Shown: positions 40,571 to 49,409 of the stretch, in pieces
How positions within the stretch are numbered: the stretch's first letter is position 1
How the letters are laid out: every line of letters starts with the position of its first letter
Assembly (NCBI GenBank): GCA_963805085.1
Contig: CAWDTA010000002.1
Location: forward strand, 1,632,001 to 1,696,000
Origin: an uncultured Veillonellaceae bacterium
Lineage (GTDB): Bacteria; Bacillota; Negativicutes; JARBTT01
Direction of reading: 5' to 3'
DNA length: 64,000 nt
Notes under the pieces: generated by a model
The model's input: the letters and a program-made list of their open reading frames with translations, nothing else
Told to the model about the DNA's origin: nothing
Database searches by the model: none
Translations under genes and position numbers: made by a program

Positions 40571-42667
40571 ATGGCAAATTCTAGAGGACTTGATTACTCT
40601 TTGGCGCTTAAAAATTCTATTATATTTTATGATGCTAACAAGTGTGGGAAGGACGTAGAAACGAATAATGAATTTTCCTGGAGAAGTGCATGTCATACTA
40701 GTGATGGCAGTGATAAAGGACTTGATCTAACAGGGGGCTATCATGATGCGGGTGATCATGTTAAGTTTGGATTGAATCAAGGATATGCAGCAGCAGTATT
40801 AGGGTGGGCATTATACGAATTCAAGGATACATTCGATGCAACAGGAAATACTGAAAAACTGCTTCAGCAAATAAAGCACTTTACAGATTATTTTTTAAAG
40901 AGTCACTCAAGTAGTGATATTTTCTACTATCAAGTGGGGGATGGAGATGTAGACCATTCTTATTGGGGATCGCCAGAGAATCAGACGAATGCTAGAACAA
41001 CTATGTATTTTGCGGATGCAACTCATCCAGCTTCTGATATTTTAGGCGAAACGTCTGCTGCACTGAGCCTTATGTACTTAAATTATAAAGACAAAGATGC
41101 TGATTATGCTAAGCAGTGCTTACAGACAGCAAAAGAGTTATATCAATTAGGGAAGGCCAATCAAGGTAAGGGCAATGGACAATCCTATTATACATCGTCA
41201 GATTATGCTGATGATTTAGCGTGGGCGGCTGTCTGGTTATATGTTGCAGTAAATGATGCGCAGTATCTTTCTGATGCTAAAAATTTTATCGTGTTAAATT
41301 CGACATCCTTGCAAAATAATTGGACAATGACTTGGGATAGTATGAAGCTTCCAGTAATCCTAAGACTGGGATATATAACTGGAGAGCAAACATACAAAGA
41401 TGCAATGGAATATAACTTTAATTATTGGAAAAATACATTAAAAACTACATCAGGCGGCTTGAAATTTTTAAGCGAGTGGGGTGTTTTAAGGTATGCCGCA
41501 GCAGAGTCGATGCTGGCACTAGTTTACTATAAGCATACTAAGGATGAGACACTTAAAACTCTGGCTAAATCACAGATCGATTATATTTTAGGAAATAACC
41601 CTGCTAATATCTCCTATATGATAGGTTTCGGTGATAATTGGCCGAAGCATCCTCATCACCGAGCTGCAAATGGGTATACATACGCTAACAATGATTATCT
41701 AAAGGAAGCTAAACATCTTCTTCTTGGAGCATTGGTTGGCGGACCGGATGCGAATGATAACTTTACAGATGATGTAACTAAGTACCAGTATACTGAGGTT
41801 GCCATTGATTATAATGCCGGTTTAGTAGGAGCACTTGCCGGTATGGTTAAAGTTAGCGGTTCGACTTCGGCAGTAACGGCAGAGGTTACAGCGCCGTCAG
41901 AAGGACAATCCTTCGAATATCCTTCTAAGGCAAGCCCGATAACAATTTCTGCGGATGCTTCGACCACAAGCGGGACAATCAGCAAAGTGACGTTTTTTGC
42001 CAACGGTACTAAGATTGGCGAATCGACTGCCTCTCCGTACAGCATAACTTGGTATCCGACAGGATATGCGCAGAGTGCGACTGGAATCGACTCGTATGCA
42101 ATTACGGCAAGTGCTACAGACAGTAATAGTACAAGCGCTATCTCTGCTCCTGTAAATATTAAAATCAAACTGCCGATACGACCTGAACCTGTCGGAAATT
42201 TGACACTAGAGGCCTACAATGGCAGTACAGCAGCAACAACCAATAGCATAAGTCCTAAAATCAAAATTACGAATTCCGGTCAGAGTGCGGTAAACCTGAG
42301 TACAGTAACAGTAAGATATTATTACACGATTGATACTGAAAAGGGTCAAAGCTTCTGGTGTGATAGTGCAGCAATAACATCGGGTACTTACCGAAACTTA
42401 ACAAGTAGTGTAACTGGCAGTTTTGTAAAAATGAGCACGGCAAAATCCGGTGCAGATTATTATCTTGAAATTGGTTTTACAGCGGCAGCAGGCAGTCTTG
42501 CAGCAGGTGAGACTGCAGAACTACAGCTCCGGTTTGCCAAAAACGACTGGTCAGATTATACCCAGTCGAATGATTACTCATTCAATTCCAGTGCCTCAAC
42601 ATATGCCGATGTCAGTAAGATAACTCTTTATATTTCCAGTCAGTTAATTTGTGGTACAGAACCGTGA
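40571..42667 (+). CDS. GH9 endoglucanase (Cel9M-like, no CBM3c) + Ig-like + CBM3; no signal peptide
   Basis: DYSLALKNSIIFYDANKCG, GGYHDAGDHVKF, PHHRAANGYTY and YQYTEVAIDYNAG motifs; GGAAGAGG RBS before ATG 40571. Confidence 0.93.
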   Translation: MANSRGLDYSLALKNSIIFYDANKCGKDVETNNEFSWRSACHTSDGSDKGLDLTGGYHDAGDHVKFGLNQGYAAAVLGWALYEFKDTFDATGNTEKLLQQIKHFTDYFLKSHSSSDIFYYQVGDGDVDHSYWGSPENQTNARTTMYFADATHPASDILGETSAALSLMYLNYKDKDADYAKQCLQTAKELYQLGKANQGKGNGQSYYTSSDYADDLAWAAVWLYVAVNDAQYLSDAKNFIVLNSTSLQNNWTMTWDSMKLPVILRLGYITGEQTYKDAMEYNFNYWKNTLKTTSGGLKFLSEWGVLRYAAAESMLALVYYKHTKDETLKTLAKSQIDYILGNNPANISYMIGFGDNWPKHPHHRAANGYTYANNDYLKEAKHLLLGALVGGPDANDNFTDDVTKYQYTEVAIDYNAGLVGALAGMVKVSGSTSAVTAEVTAPSEGQSFEYPSKASPITISADASTTSGTISKVTFFANGTKIGESTASPYSITWYPTGYAQSATGIDSYAITASATDSNSTSAISAPVNIKIKLPIRPEPVGNLTLEAYNGSTAATTNSISPKIKITNSGQSAVNLSTVTVRYYYTIDTEKGQSFWCDSAAITSGTYRNLTSSVTGSFVKMSTAKSGADYYLEIGFTAAAGSLAAGETAELQLRFAKNDWSDYTQSNDYSFNSSASTYADVSKITLYISSQLICGTEP
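41881..42667 (+). repeat. Ig+CBM3 module, copy 2 (787 bp)
   Basis: Same length as copy 1 and near-identical to it. Confidence 0.95.
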
Positions 42668-42729
42668 AATACTATTGAACAGGTATAAAACAGTGGTGCT
42701 GTTAAATAAAAAAAGTAGGTGGAAAGAGT

Positions 42730-44397
42730 ATGACATTAAAGGTAAGTATTGATACGAATTCAGAAAGAGCAGCAATCAGTCCTTATATCTATGGATCAAA
42801 TTTTGATTTTGAAAGTAATGAAGGTACAATTCCAGCTGTGGCTACAGCAAGTCGATTAGGTGGTAATCGCTTTACAGGGTACAATTGGGAAAACAATGCA
42901 TCCAATGCAGGAAGTGATTGGAAACACAGCAGTGATAATTATTTAACGACGAATCTTTCAACAGATAAGCAAAATATACCGGGGGTTGTAGTTACGAATT
43001 TTCAGGAAGAATGTTTAACAAATGGAACTTCATATTCACTTGTTACCTTACAAATGGCGGGGTATGCTGCTAAAGACAAAAACGGCACAGTTTCTGAAGC
43101 TGAATCAGCCCCTTCTGCAAGATGGGCGGAGGTCAAACCCAAAAAAGAGAGTACATTTTCAGATAATCCGGATGTAGATGATGACTATGTGTATATGGAT
43201 GAATTTGTTAATTTTTTGGTAGAAAAATATAAAGATGCATCGACAACAACAGGTATTAAAGGATATTCTTTAGATAACGAGCCGGGACTCTGGTCAAGCA
43301 CTCATCCAAGAATACATGCCAATAAGACTCAATGTACGGAGCTGATATCTAAAAGCATTGAGTTATCAAAAGCAGTAAAAGATGTAGATTCATATGCAGA
43401 AATATTTGGACCTGCTTTGTATGGAATGGGAGCTTACCAAAGCTTACAAAGTGCACCGGATTGGGACAGTGTAAAAGGCAGTTATAGCTGGTTTGTAGAT
43501 TATTATTTGGCTCAAATGAAAACAGCATCAAATAATGATGGTAGAAGGCTACTGGATGTATTGGATTTTCACTATTACCCCGAAGCTAAAGGGAGCGGGA
43601 TAAGAATAACGGAACAAACTGATTATACCAATACTGATTGTAATAAAGCCCGTATTCAGGCGCCAAGAACCTTGTGGGATTCAACCTATACAGAGGACAG
43701 TTGGATTGGTCAGTATTGTAAAAGCTATCTTCCACTGCTCCCAAAAATGCAGCAATCAATAAATGATTTCTATCCAGAAACAAAGATTGGCGTTACTGAA
43801 TATAACTTTGGAGGAAATGGTCACATTTCAGGTGGGATTGCTCAAGCGGATTTCTTTGGTATACTTGGTAAAGAAGGAGTTTATTTGGCAGCATTCTGGC
43901 CGTTTAGTGGCAAGAATGATTATGTACAAGCAGCTTTTAATTTATATAGAGACTATGATGGTAATAAATCAACTTATGGCGATATAAAAGTAAAAACAGA
44001 TACATCTGATAGTGAAAATTCATCTGTTTATGCTTCGGTATTTAACAACGATGATTCAAAATTGAACATAATTATGATTAATAAAAATTATGATCAGTCA
44101 ATGACAGTAAGCTTTAATGTGAATGGAAATAAAAATTATACCTCTGGGAGAGTATGGGGGTTTGACAAAGATAGTGCAAACATAACAGAAAGAACAGCGA
44201 TAACCAATATAAATGGCAACCAATTTTTATATGAGATACCTGCGCTAACTGTTTGTCATATTGTATTAACAGATGTATCAACAGTATCGGCAGAGGTTAC
44301 AGCGCCGTCAGAAGGACAATCCTTCGAATATCCTTCTAAGGCAAGCCCGCAATTTCTGCGGATGCTTCGACCACAAGCGGTACAATCAGCAAGGTGA
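42730..44397 (+). CDS. GH44 endoglucanase/xyloglucanase catalytic part, cut from its Ig-CBM3 tail by a frameshift; no signal peptide
   Basis: ISPYIYGSN, RLGGNRFTGYNWENNASNAGSDW, LDNEPGLWSSTHPRIH, LDFHYYPE and GVTEYN motifs. In-frame stop at 42703 leaves no room for a leader. Confidence 0.9.
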   Translation: MTLKVSIDTNSERAAISPYIYGSNFDFESNEGTIPAVATASRLGGNRFTGYNWENNASNAGSDWKHSSDNYLTTNLSTDKQNIPGVVVTNFQEECLTNGTSYSLVTLQMAGYAAKDKNGTVSEAESAPSARWAEVKPKKESTFSDNPDVDDDYVYMDEFVNFLVEKYKDASTTTGIKGYSLDNEPGLWSSTHPRIHANKTQCTELISKSIELSKAVKDVDSYAEIFGPALYGMGAYQSLQSAPDWDSVKGSYSWFVDYYLAQMKTASNNDGRRLLDVLDFHYYPEAKGSGIRITEQTDYTNTDCNKARIQAPRTLWDSTYTEDSWIGQYCKSYLPLLPKMQQSINDFYPETKIGVTEYNFGGNGHISGGIAQADFFGILGKEGVYLAAFWPFSGKNDYVQAAFNLYRDYDGNKSTYGDIKVKTDTSDSENSSVYASVFNNDDSKLNIIMINKNYDQSMTVSFNVNGNKNYTSGRVWGFDKDSANITERTAITNINGNQFLYEIPALTVCHIVLTDVSTVSAEVTAPSEGQSFEYPSKASPQFLRMLRPQAVQSAR

Positions 44398-45074
44398 CAT
44401 TCTATGCCAACGGTACTAAGATTGGCGAATCGACTGCCTCTCCGTACAGTATAACTTGGTATCCGACAGGATATGCGCAGAGTGCGACTGGAATCGACTC
44501 GTATGCAATTACGGCAAGTGCTACAGACAGTAATAGTACAAGCGCTATCTCTGCTCCTGTAAATATTAAAATCAAACTGCCGATACGACCTGAACCTGTC
44601 GGAAATTTGACACTAGAGGCCTACAATGGCAGTACAGCAGCAACAACCAATAGCATAAGTCCTAAAATCAAAATTACGAATTCCGGTGAGAACGAGGTAA
44701 ATCTGAGTACAGTAACAGTAAGATATTATTACACGATTGATACTGAAAAGGGTCAAAGCTTCTGGTGTGATAGTGCAGCGATAACATCGGGGACTTACCG
44801 AAATATAACGAGCAATGTAACTGGTAACTTTGTAAAAATGAGCACGGCAAAATCCGGTGCAGATTATTATCTTCAAATTGGTTTCACGGCGGCAGCAGGC
44901 AGTCTTGCAGCAGGTGAGACTGCAGAACTACAGCTCCGGTTTGCCAAAAACGACTGGTCAGATTATACCCAGTCGGATGATTACTCATTCAATTCCAGTG
45001 CCTCAACGTATACCAATGCCAATAAGATAACTCTTTATAATTCAAGTCAATTAATTTGTGGGACAGAACCATAA
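44292..45074 (+). repeat. Ig+CBM3 module, copy 3 (783 bp; 4-bp ATAA deletion at 44349/44350)
   Basis: Copies 1 and 2 read gcaagcccgATAAcaatttctgcgg; copy 3 reads gcaagcccgcaatttctgcgg. Confidence 0.95.
44394..45074 (+). pseudogene. Detached Ig(partial)-CBM3 ORF from the frameshifted GH44 gene
   Basis: Open frame identical in content to the tails of the GH48 and GH9 proteins; its GTG overlaps the upstream TGA (GTGA). Confidence 0.75.
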
Positions 45075-45162
45075 ATTAATTGACTAGGTATGAATTGAAT
45101 AGTTTTCTAAAAGCTTTTAAAAATAATCATTACCATAGAATATTGGAAATTTTAAAAAAATG

Positions 45163-45207
45163 ATAGTGAAGGCATAAAATAGGGGTGCTATTTTATGCCT
45201 TCACTAT
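45163..45207. terminator. Terminator at the end of the cellulase operon
   Basis: 20-bp perfect arms atagtgaaggcataaaatag/ctattttatgccttcactat. Confidence 0.8.
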
Positions 45208-45289
45208 TGTATTTAAGACTTGAGAGGACTGTTTAATTAAATTATAATTGAGGTGATGACTTTGACAAGGCAGGATTTCAGAGAAATGA

Positions 45290-45484
45290 TCAATTGTTCG
45301 GCTTACTTTTTCTTTGACGGAAATAGCTAATAAGGGAATAATACAGAGGTGTCGTTAAGAATAAAATCCAGGCTGGATGCCAAGCATGATAAAGAAAGCA
45401 CAGACTGAGGTATAAAGCGGTAAACAGAACCGGATAGGGCAGTAACTTCCATTTTTTATATTGTAATAACTGTTGTCTTTCCAT
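45290..45484 (-). pseudogene. Short two-TM fragment, possibly the C-terminus of a membrane protein
   Basis: PYPVLFTALYL...WHPAWILFLTTPLYY resembles the C-terminal TM hairpin of clostridial membrane proteins; weak RBS. Confidence 0.35.
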
Positions 45485-45537
45485 AAAATAGAGATAACTT
45501 CATAATACTAAAAAGATAGTCGAAATGAGGAATATAT

Positions 45538-46692
45538 ATGCGTATTGTGGTTGCACCAGATTCTTTTAAAGGTAGTGTCTCGGCGGTAGAAACGGCGAAT
45601 GCTATAGAAAGAGGAATTAAAACTGTATTTCCAGAGGCAGAGGTGATCAAGGTCCCAATAGGTGACGGTGGAGAAGGTACGGTAGAAGCGCTTGTCACAG
45701 CGACAAATGGCAAGCTAATTTACCAAAATGTAGTTGGGCCCCTCGGTAATACAGTAAAATCATTCTGGGGAATTTTGGGCGATGGTGAAACTGCAGTCAT
45801 TGAGATGGCAGCTGCTTCAGGCTTGCCACTCGTGCCAGAATACAAGAAAGATCCACGGCTTACCACAACGTATGGAACGGGCCAATTAATCAAAGCGGCT
45901 CTTGATAGGAGAATGAAAAAGATCATTGTTGGTATTGGTGGCAGCGCTACAAATGATGGTGGCTGCGGTATGATACAAGCGTTAGGAGGACGATTTTTGT
46001 CGGCTGACGGGAAAGAACTTTCCTGCGGCGGTGCAACATTGTCAAAATTAGCTTCGATTGATCTTACCGCTCTTGACTCGCGGCTTAATGATACAACGAT
46101 TGTTGTTGCATGTGATGTCGACAATCCTTTGTGTGGACCCAAAGGAGCATCCACTGTTTATGGGCCGCAAAAAGGAGCTACGCCAGAAATTGTCGCTGAA
46201 CTAGATCAAGCGCTTTTGCATTTTGCGAAGAAAGCGGAAGAAGCTATCGGAAAAGCAGTAGCAGAGAAGGCTGGTGCTGGCGCCGGTGGGGGAATTGGCG
46301 CGGGATTTTTATTCTTTACCAATGCGAAGCTGCGACCTGGTGTGGAAATCATTCTAGAGGCTACTAATTTTGCAGCTTTGGTAAGTTCCGCACAGTTAGT
46401 CATCACTGGTGAGGGACGAACTGATTTTCAAACTGCTTTCGGTAAAGCTCCGGTAGGGATAGCGAAAATTGCTCAGAAGTATCAGGTCCCAACAATCTGC
46501 TTGGCAGGTTGTTTAGGAAAAGGTCATGAAGATGTGTTAAAAGAAGGAATTGACGGGCTAATGAGCACAGTTCCTGGTCCCATGACGTTAGAAGAATGTG
46601 TTAAGAGCGGAGCAAAATTGATAGAGCTGGGGGCGGCACGACTTTGCCGAATTATTCAGGTTGGTATGAAAATAGGAGAAAAAAGCCACTAA
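45538..46692 (+). CDS. glxK: Glycerate kinase (class I)
   Basis: IVVAPDSFKGS, GDGGEGT, IEMAAASGL, GGSATNDGG and TGEGRTDFQT..GKAP motifs. Confidence 0.93.
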   Translation: MRIVVAPDSFKGSVSAVETANAIERGIKTVFPEAEVIKVPIGDGGEGTVEALVTATNGKLIYQNVVGPLGNTVKSFWGILGDGETAVIEMAAASGLPLVPEYKKDPRLTTTYGTGQLIKAALDRRMKKIIVGIGGSATNDGGCGMIQALGGRFLSADGKELSCGGATLSKLASIDLTALDSRLNDTTIVVACDVDNPLCGPKGASTVYGPQKGATPEIVAELDQALLHFAKKAEEAIGKAVAEKAGAGAGGGIGAGFLFFTNAKLRPGVEIILEATNFAALVSSAQLVITGEGRTDFQTAFGKAPVGIAKIAQKYQVPTICLAGCLGKGHEDVLKEGIDGLMSTVPGPMTLEECVKSGAKLIELGAARLCRIIQVGMKIGEKSH

Positions 46693-46700
46693 AGATCTTA

Positions 46701-46746
46701 AAAAGGCCTCAACTCTCGCAAAAAAAATGTGAGGTTGAGGCCTTTT
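46701..46746. terminator. Bidirectional terminator
   Basis: aaaaggcctcaac...gttgaggcctttt. Confidence 0.75.
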
Positions 46747-46762
46747 GTATAGACACGTAAAA

Positions 46763-47203
46763 TTAAAGATTTTTTTTGATTTTACTGATTAATTCTTGGT
46801 ATGCTTCATCACTTAGGAGGACTTTTTCTTGCGGCATCATTTCAAAAGTACCGCCCCAAGTTGGGCCATTTATATATTTAGGAACAATATGATAATGTAA
46901 ATGCGTCATTTTATCAGCGTATGCCCCGTAATTAATTTTATTTGGTGAAAATGCTTTATCTAAAGCTCTAGCAGCTCTAGCTACATCTTTCATAAATAGA
47001 TTTCTTTCTTCGTCGGATAAATGGAAGAGTTCGCTTTTGTGTTCTTTATAAGCTACTACACATCTTCCTTTATAGGTCTGTTCTTTAAATAAATATAGAG
47101 TAGAAGCTTCCAATTCACAAATCTCAATCATAATGTCTGTAAGGTTCTCAGTTTTTGTACAGTAAAAACAATCGTCTTGGTAATTCATTGTCATTCGCTC
47201 CAT
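46763..47203 (-). CDS. HIT-family hydrolase
   Basis: CFYC N-terminus and HLHYHIVP triad; real start may be ATG 47194. Confidence 0.88.
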   Translation of the reverse strand: MERMTMNYQDDCFYCTKTENLTDIMIEICELEASTLYLFKEQTYKGRCVVAYKEHKSELFHLSDEERNLFMKDVARAARALDKAFSPNKINYGAYADKMTHLHYHIVPKYINGPTWGGTFEMMPQEKVLLSDEAYQELISKIKKNL

Positions 47204-47457
47204 TCATATTATATAATTTTAAAAGCCTTTTTCTGATAGGTAAAAAATTCTACCATCATCTTCCTAGCTTTCAACAGCGCATAATGCGTCTCCTCTATTT
47301 TTGAGGAACTTTATTAAAATGTTTAATAAAGTTCCCGGGGATCTATTTTACTTTGCAATCAATCTCTGTCACCTTCTTATGAATGTGATACGATATTTTT
47401 ATATAAAATTTTACAAAGAAAGAGGTTTTCTGGTTTCTATATAGAAAGCTTATATGT

Positions 47458-47892
47458 TTGGCGTTTAAAAACAAGGAGGGATTACTTCTGATAGATAAAT
47501 TCAACTGTGACTGTGCTTCCCTTGAGAAATTTCGCTTAGCCAGAGAGGCTATTCGAGAAAACCTTAATAAAATTTGTCCTGAATATTCCATGCAATTATT
47601 TGTCGCTATTAATGAAGCAGTGAACAACGCCTTTTTCCATGGAATAAATGATCATAAAGGTACACAAGTAACGATTGATATCATTCGAAACAAACAAGAT
47701 TTGTGCATTGAAATAAAGCATAATGGGGAAGGTTTTACCCCAGAATACATCGACTGTACTGCTGCAAGCGAGGTATATAATGACAGCGGGCGTGGCATTG
47801 ACATCATTAGACATTATGTAGATTCTCTGGAATTTAGCGCTTGTGGTCGTGAGGTTACGATGCATAAAAATTTAAAAAATTCATCCATGTGA
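47458..47892 (+). CDS. RsbW/SpoIIAB-like anti-sigma factor Ser kinase
   Basis: AINEAVNNAFFHG (N box), NGEGF and SGRGI..I motifs. Confidence 0.8.
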   Translation: MAFKNKEGLLLIDKFNCDCASLEKFRLAREAIRENLNKICPEYSMQLFVAINEAVNNAFFHGINDHKGTQVTIDIIRNKQDLCIEIKHNGEGFTPEYIDCTAASEVYNDSGRGIDIIRHYVDSLEFSACGREVTMHKNLKNSSM

Positions 47893-47903
47893 GGCGGTAA
47901 TTT

Positions 47904-48206
47904 ATGAAAGTAAATATTACAGTTAGAGATAATAAAGTTGTAATCAAATTAGAAGGCAGTCTGTATGTCGAGGACGCTCTGTTACTCAGAACAAAAGCCT
48001 TGTCGTATTTTCAAGCAGGACACAATAATTTTTTAATCGATTTATCGCAGGTGGACTATATTGACAGTTCAGGACTAGGCGCTCTGGTTGCTCTGCAAAA
48101 ACGTGCCTTAGAGCATCACGGAGCACTTCAGTTACATGGCTTAACTGGTGTTGTACAAGAGTTATTTGAGCTTACCCGTTTGAATAAAATATTTGAAATC
48201 GTATGA
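47904..48206 (+). CDS. STAS-domain anti-anti-sigma factor (RsbV-like)
   Basis: DLSQVDYIDSSGLGALV phospho-Ser motif; FELTRL. Confidence 0.9.
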   Translation: MKVNITVRDNKVVIKLEGSLYVEDALLLRTKALSYFQAGHNNFLIDLSQVDYIDSSGLGALVALQKRALEHHGALQLHGLTGVVQELFELTRLNKIFEIV

Positions 48207-48320
48207 TGCAGTTGGTGGCTCTTGTTGCAGAAGCACGGTACTATTGAAAGGCGCGATGCCTTTTTTTATTTCACTTAACAATACGAACAATACGAAAAAA
48301 CCCATTGGGAGATCTTAATA

Positions 48321-49382
48321 ATGAACGACTTGCCAGTAGAGAAACTCGTCACAAATATTACGCAATTTTTTCCTGATTACAGCTATTGGATTTTTGACAT
48401 GCTAAATGACCCTTTGTTATTACTTGATGAGTCTGGCATGATTTTATTCATGAATGAGAAAGCACGCAAATTTTACGGGCATTCTCTAGAAGAGGCCCAG
48501 CAATTACATATTGCTGAGTTAGATTTAAATATAACCGTTGCAGCCAAGTATCTGCATACAATTCGTCAGTCAGGTGATGAAGGCTATATTTTTCTATCGA
48601 CGCACAAAAAAAAGAATAATGAGCTTGTACCGATACAAATTCATGCCCGCGATATCAGAATACATAGCAAAAGCATCTTTGCTTTGGTAATAAAAGACAT
48701 TTCGCTAGAACGGCAGCTCAAACAAGAATTTGAGGTTGCCAGTCGCATTCAAAAAAATATGTTGCCAGCAAATTATAAAAGTCCACTCGTTGAGATTCGT
48801 TCTATTTATCGACCGTATAACTACGTAAGCGGAGATTTTTTTGATTTTCAATGGGAAAATAGCCAGATTTTAAATGGTTATCTTCTTGATATTATGGGAC
48901 ACGGACTAGCTACATCACTTATCATGTCGGCTCTCAGAGTGCTGCTGTCGCAAGCTTTTACGAAGCAGTTACCATTAAATGAGAAATTAGCTTGGTTTAA
49001 TCAACAGGCTATTCCTTTCTTGGCGGAAGATTCCTTTGCTGCACTTATTTGTTTTTCACTTGATTTTGACAAGCAAGAACTAACCTATAGTATGGCTGGC
49101 ATTAATCATTTTCTCGCAATTACGCAAGGTCAGACATGCGTGATCAAAAAGCCTGGCATCTTTGCTGGGTTAGACAAAAAAGCTGATTTTGAGTGTCACA
49201 CAATGCCTTTTGGCTCTGGTGATGTCTTTTATTTTATGACGGATGGGCTATTTGAGCTACTTCCTACGCCAGCCAAATTTTGCCCGAGCAGTTACGCTGA
49301 AAGTTATCGCTGGCTGTTCAGAGCAGCGCGTAGTCCTAATCGTCGTGATGATGTTTCTGCATTATGTTTACATATTAAATAA
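48321..49382 (+). CDS. PAS + PP2C (SpoIIE/RsbU/RsbP-type) phosphatase
   Basis: N-terminal PAS; ASRIQKNMLP, VSGDFFD, DIMGHG, MTDGL and RRDDVS motifs. Confidence 0.88.
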   Translation: MNDLPVEKLVTNITQFFPDYSYWIFDMLNDPLLLLDESGMILFMNEKARKFYGHSLEEAQQLHIAELDLNITVAAKYLHTIRQSGDEGYIFLSTHKKKNNELVPIQIHARDIRIHSKSIFALVIKDISLERQLKQEFEVASRIQKNMLPANYKSPLVEIRSIYRPYNYVSGDFFDFQWENSQILNGYLLDIMGHGLATSLIMSALRVLLSQAFTKQLPLNEKLAWFNQQAIPFLAEDSFAALICFSLDFDKQELTYSMAGINHFLAITQGQTCVIKKPGIFAGLDKKADFECHTMPFGSGDVFYFMTDGLFELLPTPAKFCPSSYAESYRWLFRAARSPNRRDDVSALCLHIK

Positions 49383-49409
49383 GTCCTTTAAAGATTGGAA
49401 TGATGATAC

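Noticed and set aside
39571-42168. Repeated antisense ORFs (39571-39897, 41809-42168)
   Set aside because: Shadows of the repeated Ig module on the opposite strand.
39610-45074. Triple repeat as CRISPR array, IS or DGR template/variable repeat
   Set aside because: The repeats are in-frame coding domains. There are no spacers, transposase or reverse transcriptase, and differences are not confined to adenines.
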